Shown piece after piece: positions 28,828 to 39,233 of a DNA stretch of 64,000 nucleotides. Both the position numbers and the translations under genes were made by a program. Positions within the stretch are counted from its first letter, which is position 1; every line of letters begins with the position of its first letter. This DNA is from an uncultured Clostridia bacterium (lineage in GTDB: Bacteria; Bacillota; Clostridia; TANB77; CAG-508), in contig CALXWP010000006.1 of assembly GCA_944392455.1 (NCBI GenBank), positions 3,133 to 67,132 on the forward strand, in the 5' to 3' direction. A model generated the notes under the pieces. The model was not told the origin of the DNA. It did not search any database and was given only the letters and a program-made list of their open reading frames with translations.

Positions 28828-31161
28828 ATGACAAAATTTACAAAAATGCAAGCATATGGTAATGACTACGTATATATGGATGCAATAAATCAAAAAATAA
28901 ATAATGTACATGAACTTGCAAGATATATAAGTGATAGACATTTTGGCGTTGGATCAGATGGGCTCGTTTTAATATGCAGTTCTGATGTAGCGGATTTTAG
29001 AATGAGAATGTTTAACCCTGATGGGACAGAAGGAGAAATGTGTGGTAACGCTTTAAGAAGTTTAAGCAAATATGTATATGATCATAAATTAACAGATAAA
29101 ACAGAATTAGAGATAGAAACATTAGGTGGAATTCAACATGTAAAATTAACTGTAGAAAATGGAAAAGCTGTAAATATAGAAGCTAATATAGGAAAACCAG
29201 TATTAGATACTAATTTAATTCCAGTAAATACAAAGCTTCCTGAATTTATAGAGCAAGAAGTAAAAATATTAGACAAAACATTTAATATAACTGCAGTATC
29301 TTGGGGAAATCCTCACTGTGTAATGTTTATAGATGATGTAGATAATTTTGATGTTGAAAAATACGGAAAAGAGATAGAACATAAAACAGAATTGTTTCCA
29401 AATAAGACTAATGTAACATTTGCACAAGTAATAGATAGAAATACTATTAAAATTAGAGAATGGGAAAGAGGTACAGGAGAGACTATTGGGTGTGGTACAG
29501 GTTGTTGTACAGCAACAGTAGCAGCTGTTTTAACAGGAAGATGTGATAGAAAAGTTAATGTTCACCAAATTGGAGGAATATTAGAAACAAACTGGGATGA
29601 AGAAACAGGGAAAATGTTTATGAAAGGACCATCTCATACAGTATTTGAATCTGAAATAGATGTTGATAACATTATAAAAAAGAATAGAATAACAAAATTA
29701 ACAGATTTATTAAAAAATGTGGATTATGAACTTGTAAAAGGTAGTTTAGATGTAGAAATTTCTGATGTAAAAGATGATTCTAGAAAAGTAGAGCAAAATG
29801 ATATGTATATAGCAAAAATAGGAAGCTCATCAGATGGACATAAATATATTCCAGATGTTATAAAAAAAGGTGCTAAAGTAATTGTAGTGGAAAAAGATAT
29901 AGATATTCCAAAAGAGGATATAACAGTAGTAAAAGTTAAATCTTCAAGAGAAGCAATGGCAGAAATATCTGCAGCATATTTTAATTATCCAGCAAAAGAA
30001 TTAACTGTAATTGGTATTACAGGAACAGCTGGGAAAACATCAACTTCAACTATATTAAAAAGAATGATAGAAGCTGATGGAAAAAAAGCAGGATTAATTG
30101 GAACTATAGGAGCTTTTATTGGAAAGAGAAAAATCACACTTCATAATACAACACCTGAAAATTATGAAATACAAAAACTATTTAGAGAAATGTGTGATGA
30201 AGAATGTAAATATGCAATAATGGAAGTATCTTCACAAGGATTAAAAATGCATAGAGTAGATGGATTTACATTTGATTATGGTGTATTTACTAATATATCT
30301 AATGAACATATTGGACCAAATGAACATGCAAGTTTTGAAGAATATATGTATTGTAAAAGCCTATTATTCCAAAAATGTAAGGTAGGTATAATAAATGCTG
30401 ATGACAGTAATTATGAAAATATTTTAAATGACCATACATGCAAAGTAATTAAATTTGGAATGAATGAAGAAAATTTAGATATGAAAGCATCAAATATAAA
30501 ATTTATAATGAATGATAAATTCTTAGGAATGGGATTTGATGTTACAGGAAAAATAAATGATAGTTTTGAAGTATCAATCCCAGGAAGATTTTCTGTATAT
30601 AATTCATTATGTGCTATAACAATAGCAAATGAAATAGGTATAAGTAAAGAAGCAATGAAAAGAGTTTTAACATCAGTTTCTGTTAAAGGAAGAATGGAAC
30701 TTGCTGTTTCAAATGACAAATATAAATTAATTATAGATTATGCTCATAACGAAGATGAAATGACAAATTTAATGGAGACAATAATGGAATATAAACCAAA
30801 AAGAATAGTATGCATATTTGGTGGTGGAGGCAACAGAGCTAGAGACAGAAGATTTGATATGGGAGAAATATCAGGTAAATATGCAGGTTTAACAATTCTT
30901 ACAGAAGATAACCCTAGATTTGAAGATATGGAATCAATTAATAATGATATAATTACAGGTTTAAACAGAAGCAATGGTAAATATATTGTTATAAATGATA
31001 GACAAGAAGCAATTGAATATGCAATGAAAAACGCACAAGAAGGAGATATAATTCTTTTAATTGGTAAAGGACATGAACAATATCAAGAAATTAAAGGAGT
31101 TCAATATTTCTGGGATGAGAGAGAAGCGGTTGAAAGAGCAGTAGAAAAATTATATAAATAA
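28828..31161 (+). CDS. dapF-murE: Bifunctional fusion: N-terminal diaminopimelate epimerase (DapF, ~275 aa) + C-terminal UDP-MurNAc-L-Ala-D-Glu:meso-DAP ligase (MurE, ~500 aa)
   Basis: DapF motifs KMQAYGNDYVYMD, NPDGTEGEMCGNALR, ERGTGETIGCGTGCC; then MurE GITGTAGKTST, the DNPR meso-DAP selectivity motif and GKGHEQYQEI; one uninterrupted 777-codon frame. Confidence 0.85.
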   Translation: MTKFTKMQAYGNDYVYMDAINQKINNVHELARYISDRHFGVGSDGLVLICSSDVADFRMRMFNPDGTEGEMCGNALRSLSKYVYDHKLTDKTELEIETLGGIQHVKLTVENGKAVNIEANIGKPVLDTNLIPVNTKLPEFIEQEVKILDKTFNITAVSWGNPHCVMFIDDVDNFDVEKYGKEIEHKTELFPNKTNVTFAQVIDRNTIKIREWERGTGETIGCGTGCCTATVAAVLTGRCDRKVNVHQIGGILETNWDEETGKMFMKGPSHTVFESEIDVDNIIKKNRITKLTDLLKNVDYELVKGSLDVEISDVKDDSRKVEQNDMYIAKIGSSSDGHKYIPDVIKKGAKVIVVEKDIDIPKEDITVVKVKSSREAMAEISAAYFNYPAKELTVIGITGTAGKTSTSTILKRMIEADGKKAGLIGTIGAFIGKRKITLHNTTPENYEIQKLFREMCDEECKYAIMEVSSQGLKMHRVDGFTFDYGVFTNISNEHIGPNEHASFEEYMYCKSLLFQKCKVGIINADDSNYENILNDHTCKVIKFGMNEENLDMKASNIKFIMNDKFLGMGFDVTGKINDSFEVSIPGRFSVYNSLCAITIANEIGISKEAMKRVLTSVSVKGRMELAVSNDKYKLIIDYAHNEDEMTNLMETIMEYKPKRIVCIFGGGGNRARDRRFDMGEISGKYAGLTILTEDNPRFEDMESINNDIITGLNRSNGKYIVINDRQEAIEYAMKNAQEGDIILLIGKGHEQYQEIKGVQYFWDEREAVERAVEKLYK

Positions 31162-31176
31162 TTATATGAAATTATA

Positions 31177-31216
31177 GAAATAGGACATGATTTATTACAT
31201 GTCCTATTTCTTTTAT
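31177..31216 (+). terminator. Terminator after dapF-murE
   Basis: gaaataggacatg atttattac catgtcctatttc + tttt. Confidence 0.85.
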
Positions 31217-31333
31217 ACCCACTAGTTGTACATAGCTAAATTTGTAAATTACATAAAACTATGATATAATTAACTAAGTGATTTTATATCACAAGATCCT
31301 ATAAAAAGTTTCAATAAAATGGAGGAAATGAAC

Positions 31334-31891
31334 ATGAAAAAACGGATCATCGCAATTATTTTAACAGCAGTTATGGCAGCAACAATGCTTGCTGGGTGTG
31401 AAGAAAGTGGTTCCGATAAGGACACAAGAAACACGCTTGAGGCAGGCAACAAACTTCAAGAAAATCAGCCGACTCCGACTGATATTGAGTTCTCTCTCCA
31501 GAGATATAATCTGGAAAGACGAGCTTATTACCTCAACGGAGAGATTGAAAAATCTCGTAACGTAGAGTGTGAAGTAGAGAAGCCGCTGGGCTATATTTAC
31601 TTGTTTCTTGAAGGTGTTGGATGCGTGGCCAGAGATACTGTCGATGGACAGGTAACTCCTTTAACAACGTATCTGACACCAGACAGTGAGTTCTATACGA
31701 CTGGAGCAACTGCAACAGCAGATTGGATTCCGGACATCGACGGAACTTACGGTGAAAACAATGAGGGAATCTTCTACTTTACAGTAGATGGTGACTACAA
31801 GGAATGGAACGGTATCTATCACTATTCCAGCACCTACTACGAAATAGAGGATCCGACACTCTTGGTAGTAACAGGAGAGGAGGCTGAATAA
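31334..31891 (+). CDS. Lipoprotein of unknown function; GC-rich CDS (~45-48%) (island D, gene 1)
   Basis: Lipobox MKKRIIAIILTAVMAATMLAGC; RBS ggagga. Confidence 0.6.
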   Translation: MKKRIIAIILTAVMAATMLAGCEESGSDKDTRNTLEAGNKLQENQPTPTDIEFSLQRYNLERRAYYLNGEIEKSRNVECEVEKPLGYIYLFLEGVGCVARDTVDGQVTPLTTYLTPDSEFYTTGATATADWIPDIDGTYGENNEGIFYFTVDGDYKEWNGIYHYSSTYYEIEDPTLLVVTGEEAE

Positions 31892-32283
31892 TGAGCAAGA
31901 GCGGTAAAATTTTAGCTGTTATTGCAGCAATCGTTGTGTTGTTCTTCGGAGCGACGGCAATCGGACGGACGGTATGGAACACATACTGGCATGATGTTGA
32001 AAAAGCCGATGAAAACACTTCTTACGAAACTCGTAAGAAAGTGGAGGATACGGCACGAGCTTATATTAGTTCATACAATGCAGATGTGGATATTTATAAT
32101 GCATACTGCAATAGTGATGACGAAAATATGAGATCGTATGCTAATTCGGCTCGTATCAGAGCTATTCAGACAGCAAACTCGTACAACGAGTATCTGCAGA
32201 AGAATAGCTACGTCTGGTCGGACAACATACCGGAAGACCTGCCGAATAGCTTGTCAACCGACATTGGCGACGATGAAGAATAA
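31891..32283 (+). CDS. Membrane-anchored protein of unknown function, translationally coupled (TAATG) to the lipoprotein gene; GC-rich (island D, gene 2)
   Basis: N-terminal TM ILAVIAAIVVLFFGATAIG; stop/start overlap; RBS aggagaggagg. Confidence 0.55.
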   Translation: MSKSGKILAVIAAIVVLFFGATAIGRTVWNTYWHDVEKADENTSYETRKKVEDTARAYISSYNADVDIYNAYCNSDDENMRSYANSARIRAIQTANSYNEYLQKNSYVWSDNIPEDLPNSLSTDIGDDEE

Positions 32284-32305
32284 GAAAAATAAATAATGCG
32301 AACAA

Positions 32306-32336
32306 AAGCGGTGCTACGATGTGGCGCCGTTTTTGG
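32306..32336 (+). terminator. GC-rich terminator after island D
   Basis: cggtgc tacgatgtg gcgccg + ttttt. Confidence 0.6.
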
Positions 32337-32537
32337 TTATATAAAGGAGAGTTAGTGTTATTAAAAATTTAGCAGTCATAAAGTTATCGATTAAATATCA
32401 TGAAAAATCGGAGAATTTGTATTTGCTCATAATTTATGACTAGACTTTTTTTTAGATTTGTTTTAAAATATTGTAAGAATTGCTTATGGTATGAATAGAA
32501 AGTAATAGTATATAATAATGATATGGAGAAGATAAAA

Positions 32538-33071
32538 ATGAATATTTGGCACGATATAAGTAAAGAAAGAATAAAAAAAGATGATTTTATAGGTGTAGTT
32601 GAAATCTCTAAAGGTGGAGACGTTAAGTATGAACTTGATAAAGAAACTGGAATGCTTAGATTAGATAGAGTTTTGTATACAGCAACACACTATCCAACAA
32701 ATTATGGATTTATACCACGTACATATGCAGAAGATAATGACCCTTTAGATGTACTTATTTTATGTAATGAACAAATAGTTCCTCTTACATTAGTTGAATG
32801 TTATCCTATAGGAGTTCTAATAATGAATGATAATGGAGAAGAAGATGAAAAAATAATTGCAATATCAAAAAAAGATCCATATTTAAATGGATATAATGAT
32901 ATATCAGCATTACCTAATCATATATCAGATGAAATAAAACATTTTTTTGAAGTATATAAACAGTTAGAAGGAAAAACAACAACAGTTGATAGAATGCTTG
33001 GTAAAGAAGAGGCAGAGCAAATTATAGAAAAGTGTATGAAAACATATGATGAAAAATTTAATAATAATTAA
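32538..33071 (+). CDS. ppa: Inorganic pyrophosphatase, family I
   Basis: DPLDVLIL and EDGDPLDV-type signature; YELDKETG. Confidence 0.9.
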   Translation: MNIWHDISKERIKKDDFIGVVEISKGGDVKYELDKETGMLRLDRVLYTATHYPTNYGFIPRTYAEDNDPLDVLILCNEQIVPLTLVECYPIGVLIMNDNGEEDEKIIAISKKDPYLNGYNDISALPNHISDEIKHFFEVYKQLEGKTTTVDRMLGKEEAEQIIEKCMKTYDEKFNNN

Positions 33072-33111
33072 AAAGAAAAATTACAAAAGCAGAAAAATAA
33101 AAAAATAGGCG

Positions 33112-34329
33112 GTGACAAGATTGATTGAAAAAATTATATTTAATTTATTAGCTTTTGCAATATTTATAATAACATTTGGTAGATTTATTAGAAAGAATGA
33201 TACAAGTTATGTATATATATTAGGAATAGAGTTTTTAGGAATAGTTATCAATTTCATAGAATTATTATTTTCAATAAGATTAAATATATTTTTTAGAGTT
33301 TTAATATATATATTAGCAATTATAATACCAGGAATTATTTTATTAATAGAATATTATAAAAAAGTAGATTTTCCAGAAATGCTAAACATTACATTAGCTA
33401 AAATTGCATTAAAATCTGGAAATACAGAACAAGCTAAAGAATATCTATTTAAATTAATAAATAAATACCCAGATAGTTATATAGGACACAAAACACTAGC
33501 TGAAGTTTATGAAAAAGAAGAGAAATATTCACTAGCTGTAGATGAATATATCCGTACAACAGAAATAAACAATAAAGATATAAAAATTAATCTTAATTTA
33601 GCTAGATTATTAAATAAAGCAGAAAGACCAGATGATTCAATAACAATGCTACAAGATATCTTAAGAAAAAAACCAGAATACTATGATGCATCCAATTTAT
33701 TAGGAGAAATACTTTATTCAAATGAAAGATATAAAGAGGCAATAAATGTGTATATGAATGCTCTTAGATATCACCCAGGTGATTATAATCTATACTATAA
33801 TTTAGGTATGGTTTGTACAATGGTTAATGATTTTCAAAGAGCAAAAGAATTTTATCAAAAAGCAGCAGAAATAAATTCCCTTTTATATAATGCAAAATTA
33901 AGTATAGGACAAATTGCTTTAATTGAAGGTGATTTAGATGAGGCTGAAAGATTTTTCAAAGAAAGTATAAAAGGAGAAGAGGCAGAAGCAGGTTCTTACT
34001 ATTATTTATCTCAAGTTGCAATGCTTAGAGGAGATAAAGAAAAGGCAACAAATTATATGAACATTGCAGTAGAATTAGAACCTAATATGTATAAAAAAGT
34101 GCAAAAAGAAAATGTTTTTACTCCAATAAAGGCTGAGATAAAAAAACCAGAAAAAGAGAAAAATGAAGAAAGAAAGAAAACAAAAATGCTTTTAAAAGAA
34201 AAAAAAGCTATAAATCATTTATCTAAAATTTGTTCATTAAGTAGCAGTCTTAATAATGAAGATATTGCTATGATGAAAAAAATAAAAGAAAATGAAAGAA
34301 ATAGAGAAGATTATCAAAGAAGTAAATAA
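33112..34329 (+). CDS. TPR-repeat protein with N-terminal TM helices and a K/E-rich C-terminus (GTG start)
   Basis: Three N-terminal hydrophobic helices then ~7 TPR-like 34-aa units. Confidence 0.6.
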   Translation: MTRLIEKIIFNLLAFAIFIITFGRFIRKNDTSYVYILGIEFLGIVINFIELLFSIRLNIFFRVLIYILAIIIPGIILLIEYYKKVDFPEMLNITLAKIALKSGNTEQAKEYLFKLINKYPDSYIGHKTLAEVYEKEEKYSLAVDEYIRTTEINNKDIKINLNLARLLNKAERPDDSITMLQDILRKKPEYYDASNLLGEILYSNERYKEAINVYMNALRYHPGDYNLYYNLGMVCTMVNDFQRAKEFYQKAAEINSLLYNAKLSIGQIALIEGDLDEAERFFKESIKGEEAEAGSYYYLSQVAMLRGDKEKATNYMNIAVELEPNMYKKVQKENVFTPIKAEIKKPEKEKNEERKKTKMLLKEKKAINHLSKICSLSSSLNNEDIAMMKKIKENERNREDYQRSK

Positions 34330-34433
34330 AACGTGAAATAGCTATAAGATAAATTTAAATAATTAAAATATAAAGTACAAGACATCCTCATATAATATAT
34401 ATAAATATTGTATGAGGATGTGATTATTTTAAT

Positions 34434-35313
34434 ATGGATATTTCAGTGATTGGCGGAGATCTAAGGATTGCAAAATTAATAGAAATGTATGCAAAAGAAA
34501 AAAATAAAGTATATACATATGGAATGGAGAAATATTTTAATCAATTTAAGCAATCAGAAATTGACAATAACATAATAATGTGTAAAAATATTGAGGAAGA
34601 TATTATTTCATCAAAATATATAATAAGTAGTATACCTTTATCAAGAGATGGCTTTTATATAAATGCACCTTTTGCTGATAACAAAATTGAAATTAAAGAA
34701 ATATTAGAAAAAATTGATGATTCTGATAATATGGATAGTAAATACTTTATAGCTGGTAAAATTCCAAAAGAACTAATTAGCAAAAATATTAACAATATAG
34801 ATTTATTAGAAAACGAGGAATTTAATATTTTAAATTCTATTCCAACAGTAGAAGGAACAATTAAAATAATTATACAGGAAAGAGAAGAAACTATTCATGA
34901 AAGCAATATATTAATATGTGGATTTGGAAGAATTGGTAAAATTTTATGTGACCGATTAAAAAATTTAGGAGCTAATATATATTGTGCAGCAAGAAAAGAT
35001 TCTGATCTAGCATGGATTAGGGAAGAAGGATATATACCCTTAAAATATAGTGAAATAGAAGAATTTCGGAAATAAATTTGAGATATTGATTAATACAGTT
35101 CCATTTTTAGTTATAGATTCAAAAAAGATAGATTCTTTTGATAAAGATATATTAATTATAGATCTAGCGTCAAATCCTGGAGGAATTGATAAAGAATATG
35201 CTTTAAGTAAAAATATAAAAGTAATAACAGCGTTGGGGATACCTGGAAAGGAGACACCGAAGGCAGCAGGAAGGTATATCAAAGAAATAATAGATAAATT
35301 AATAAAATCTTAA
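34434..35313 (+). pseudogene. dpaA: Dipicolinate synthase subunit A (SpoVFA/DpaA) homologue split by a frameshift near 35056-35075 (track ORFs 34434-35075 and 35086-35313); no dpaB follows
   Basis: IAVIGGD.R, LNSIPTVEGTI, Rossmann ICGFGRIGK, then in the +1 frame IIDLASNPGGIDKEYA...ALGIPGK matching the SpoVFA C-terminus. Confidence 0.7.
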
Positions 35314-35370
35314 TTAAATGATAAAAAATATATGATATAATAACAAAAAACATAAGAAAGGAAGAATATA

Positions 35371-36174
35371 ATGTCAGTTTTTCAAGCTTTAATACTAGGA
35401 ATAATACAAGGATTAACAGAATTACTTCCAATTTCAAGTTCTGGCCATTTAGAAATAATACCATGGCTTTTAAATTGGACTAGAGATCCTAATTTTGTGA
35501 GTGCCTTTGAAGGATTTGATGTGGCACTTCATTTTGGAACATTACTTGCAATTGGAATATTTTTCTTTAAAGATTGGATACGATTATTTATAGGAGGATT
35601 TAATCAAGTTGTTAAAAAGAAAAAAACAACTGAAGGTAGAATGTTTTGGTATTTAGTTATTGCAACTATACCTGGAGGAATAATAGGTCTTTTATTAGAT
35701 ACTTTTGCAGGAGACGCTTTAAAACAACCTGTTATAATAGCAATAGCCTTAATTGTAATGGGTATAATATTATACTTTGCAGATAAAAAATGTAAAGCTA
35801 CTACGGATTATGAGCATATGACATTTAAACAAACATTTTTAATAGGACTTTCACAATGTTTGGCATTTATTCCTGGAACATCTAGATCCGGAATAACAAT
35901 GACTACTGGTAGATTGATGGGAGTTAATAGAAAGTCTGCAGCTAGATATTCTTTTATGTTATCTGCACCAATTGTGTTTGCTGCAACTATATTTAAAATA
36001 AAGGATTTTGTATTTAGTACTGCCTTCTTTGTTGGTGTTTTGGCAAGTTTTATAGTTGGTATTATTGTTATAAAATGGTTGTTAAATTATTTACAAAAAG
36101 GAAGTTTTAAAGGATTTGCTATATATAGAGTTATATTTGGTTTAGTAATATTAGCAGTATATTTTATAAGATAA
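35371..36174 (+). CDS. uppP: Undecaprenyl-diphosphatase
   Basis: MSVFQALILGIIQGLTELLPISSSGHL is the canonical BacA/UppP N-terminus. Confidence 0.95.
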   Translation: MSVFQALILGIIQGLTELLPISSSGHLEIIPWLLNWTRDPNFVSAFEGFDVALHFGTLLAIGIFFFKDWIRLFIGGFNQVVKKKKTTEGRMFWYLVIATIPGGIIGLLLDTFAGDALKQPVIIAIALIVMGIILYFADKKCKATTDYEHMTFKQTFLIGLSQCLAFIPGTSRSGITMTTGRLMGVNRKSAARYSFMLSAPIVFAATIFKIKDFVFSTAFFVGVLASFIVGIIVIKWLLNYLQKGSFKGFAIYRVIFGLVILAVYFIR

Positions 36175-36206
36175 TAAAATTAATAAAAAAAATAAAATAA
36201 TTTTTG

Positions 36207-36240
36207 GCAAGTGCAATAAAAAATGCACTTGTTTTTTGTT
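36207..36240 (+). terminator. Terminator after uppP
   Basis: caagtgcaataaaaaatgcacttg + ttttttg. Confidence 0.85.
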
Positions 36241-36465
36241 AAAATAACCAAGATATGGAAATATTACAAAAATATTACAATACTGTTACAGTAATATTAA
36301 ATATTCCGTAATAATATTGACTTTTAGCAAAAAAAAGATAGAATATAAAAAGAATTATAAGTTTTAAATGATAAAATTGGGCGGAAAAAAGTAGAAGTAT
36401 TATTTATATCAGATGTGAAAAAATAAATATAAATAATAAATCAACAATAAACAAAGGAGAATAAA

Positions 36466-38115
36466 ATGACTAGCAGTTTAGGATTATGTATAGAAAAAAA
36501 TCTAATCAAATATGCTAAAGTTACAAAAGATCGTGAAGAATTAAAAGTAGAAGTTTTTGGAATAAAGTTTTATGAAGATTTAAAAAATGCAATAAAACAG
36601 ATTGTATCAGAAACATCTAGTGAAAATATACCAGTTAGTGTAAACTTATCAGATGAAGTTTACAATTATTTTGATGTTTCAAATCTTTTAAATAAAAATG
36701 AGTTAAAGTCAGAAATAGAAAATAATTTTGAAACTTATTGTGAAAAGAAAAAAATATCAAGTGAAGATTATGAATCTAGATATAGTGTATCCGAAGAAGA
36801 AGGAAAAGATACATTAAAAGTAACACATATTTCTGTAGAAAAATCAACTATAAGTAATATTTTAGATAATATGGAAAATTGTAAAGTTTCTACAATTACT
36901 CCATTGGGAACGAGTATTGCGAATATAATATCTACTAATAAAAATGAGAATGTAATTATTGTTAATATGGACGATGAAACTATAATTACTAGTATTGTAA
37001 ATCAAAAAATAAATGATGTAAAAAGAATAAAACAGGGACCATCAACTGTATTAAAAAAGATTGCAGGAAAAGAAAATTCATATTCTAAAGCATATGAGAT
37101 ATGTAAGAATTCAACAATTTATACAATCGAAGGAAAAGAAGTACAAGATGAGGGAAATGAATATATGGATGTTATAATTCCTACATTGTATAAAGTAGTT
37201 ACAGATTTACAAAAATATATAACAAAATCAAAAATTAATTATAGCAAAATATATATAACAGGAACCTTATCTGTAGTAAACAATGTAGATTTATATTTTC
37301 AAGAATTTTTTCCACAAGAAAAATGTGAAATATTAAAGCCATATTTTATAAAAGACATAACTAAAATTAATATAAAAGATTATATAGAGGTAAATTCAGC
37401 TTTAGCATTGGCAATGCAAGATTTGGGATATGGAGTTAAAGAACTAAACTTTAAAAAACAAAGTAGTTTTTCTATGCCAATTCCTGAAGTATTAAAAAAG
37501 GAAACTAATAAAGAGAAGAAAACTAGTAAATCAAAACAAGTAAAAGGAATGCCTAATAAAATAAATTTAAATTTAGATTTTGATATGTCCGGTAAATTAG
37601 AAAAATCAGAGAAATGGCTATTAAGAGGAGCTGGTTTGATAATTGCAATTATTATAGTATATTCAATTTTCTCGATGTATTTGAATAATACTATAAACAA
37701 TAAATTACAAGAAGCAGATGAATTAATTAGTTATACAGAGACTCAGATTGCATCAGCAGATGAAGATATCAATTTAATAAATGAAAAATCTAGCAAATAC
37801 CAAGAAATGATAGATAATTTAAATAATGTTAATTCTCAGTCAGAAAGTGATCTGGATTTTAAAAATGCAATTCCAAACTTACTAGTTAATATTCAATCAG
37901 TTATTCCTGAAAATGTGCAATTAACAGAAATAGAAAATACAGAAGAAAATGATAATAGACATATAATTATAAAAGCAAAATCAGAATATTATGAAGAGCT
38001 TGGATATTTTAAGGTAAAACTAAAAGAAGATGGGATCTTAACTAACGTTGTATCAACAGAGAGCAATACAGAAGATGGTTTTATACAAACGATTATAGAG
38101 GGGGATTTGCTATGA
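36466..38115 (+). CDS. pilMN: Type IV pilus assembly protein, fused PilM (actin-like ATPase) + PilN (TM + coiled coil)
   Basis: N-terminal LGLCIEKNLIKYAKV (PilM-like); TM helix ~residue 385 followed by a coiled coil; such fusions are known in Clostridia. Confidence 0.7.
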   Translation: MTSSLGLCIEKNLIKYAKVTKDREELKVEVFGIKFYEDLKNAIKQIVSETSSENIPVSVNLSDEVYNYFDVSNLLNKNELKSEIENNFETYCEKKKISSEDYESRYSVSEEEGKDTLKVTHISVEKSTISNILDNMENCKVSTITPLGTSIANIISTNKNENVIIVNMDDETIITSIVNQKINDVKRIKQGPSTVLKKIAGKENSYSKAYEICKNSTIYTIEGKEVQDEGNEYMDVIIPTLYKVVTDLQKYITKSKINYSKIYITGTLSVVNNVDLYFQEFFPQEKCEILKPYFIKDITKINIKDYIEVNSALALAMQDLGYGVKELNFKKQSSFSMPIPEVLKKETNKEKKTSKSKQVKGMPNKINLNLDFDMSGKLEKSEKWLLRGAGLIIAIIIVYSIFSMYLNNTINNKLQEADELISYTETQIASADEDINLINEKSSKYQEMIDNLNNVNSQSESDLDFKNAIPNLLVNIQSVIPENVQLTEIENTEENDNRHIIIKAKSEYYEELGYFKVKLKEDGILTNVVSTESNTEDGFIQTIIEGDLL

Positions 38116-38750
38116 GAAAAATTTTAATATCAGTATTAATTGTAATATTAATAATTCTAGCATATTTCACCATATTTCAAGGAATATCTATAGGATCATT
38201 TAAAATTTTAGGAATAAATCAGATATCAGAATTAAATAGCAAATTGATAGCCAAAAGAGATGAATCTAATACAAAAGTTATAACAGATCTTCAAAATAAA
38301 AAGCAAGAAGTATTAGATAGTGTAGATAATTTATTGAATAATAAAGAAAGTTATTATAAATCAGTAAATTCAAGTACAGAATCAGAACTAACTGAGGCTA
38401 CTACTGAAGATGTATATAATGCTGAATATTTATATTTAAAAATTGGTGGTTATGCTAGAGAAAAAGGCGTAAAGTGGAGAATGGATATAAAGGCTGATGA
38501 AAATGAAGAATCTGATATTAAAGAATTAGCCTTTTCAATCACAGGAAAATATCAAGGAATTATAGATTTTATATCAGCTTTAGAAGATGATAATGAATTA
38601 AAGTTTAGAATAGAAGATTTTAAGCTAGCGCCAAATGAAGAGAATCTCCAAGCAACATTTAATGTAAGAAATGTGATGGTTAAACTAGACGAAACAAATC
38701 AAACTATTGATAGTTCTGATGAAGGACAAGTAGAAAATATTGAACAATAA
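38112..38750 (+). CDS. pilO: PilO-like pilus assembly protein
   Basis: N-terminal TM + coiled coil; 4-nt overlap with pilMN. Confidence 0.55.
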   Translation: MRKILISVLIVILIILAYFTIFQGISIGSFKILGINQISELNSKLIAKRDESNTKVITDLQNKKQEVLDSVDNLLNNKESYYKSVNSSTESELTEATTEDVYNAEYLYLKIGGYAREKGVKWRMDIKADENEESDIKELAFSITGKYQGIIDFISALEDDNELKFRIEDFKLAPNEENLQATFNVRNVMVKLDETNQTIDSSDEGQVENIEQ

Positions 38751-38784
38751 ATAAAATATTGTAATTAATAAAAGGGAGGTTAGT

Positions 38785-39159
38785 ATGCTAAAATCAGTAA
38801 TAAAAGAAATTTGTATATTATTACTTTTAAGTATAGCGATACTATTAATATTAGGAATAATATTTTATGACTATATTCCAATAGGTGTATCAATACCAGC
38901 TAAAGAAGCATATGAAACACCTGAAGAAGTTAAAAATGAAATAAATGATGATTCAGCAGAATCATTAAAAACTGTAGTAACATATGAAGTAACAGATTCT
39001 GATTTAAATATTTACAAACAAAAAGGTAATTATAATGAAGGAAAATCAGATCCATTTGCACTAGAGGAAGAAACTACAATAGAGAGTACAAATACAGCTG
39101 AATCTAGTAAAGAAATAGATAATATTAGTGATACAACTGAAAATGAAGGAATTAAATAA
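38785..39159 (+). CDS. Hypothetical membrane-anchored acidic protein in the pilus cluster
   Basis: Single N-terminal TM, acidic C-terminus; RBS gggagg. Confidence 0.45.
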   Translation: MLKSVIKEICILLLLSIAILLILGIIFYDYIPIGVSIPAKEAYETPEEVKNEINDDSAESLKTVVTYEVTDSDLNIYKQKGNYNEGKSDPFALEEETTIESTNTAESSKEIDNISDTTENEGIK

Positions 39160-39233
39160 AATTATTTACTAAATATAGATTATATTTATATATTTTATAG
39201 ATATATACAAAAATTATATAAGGAGGAAGTAAA

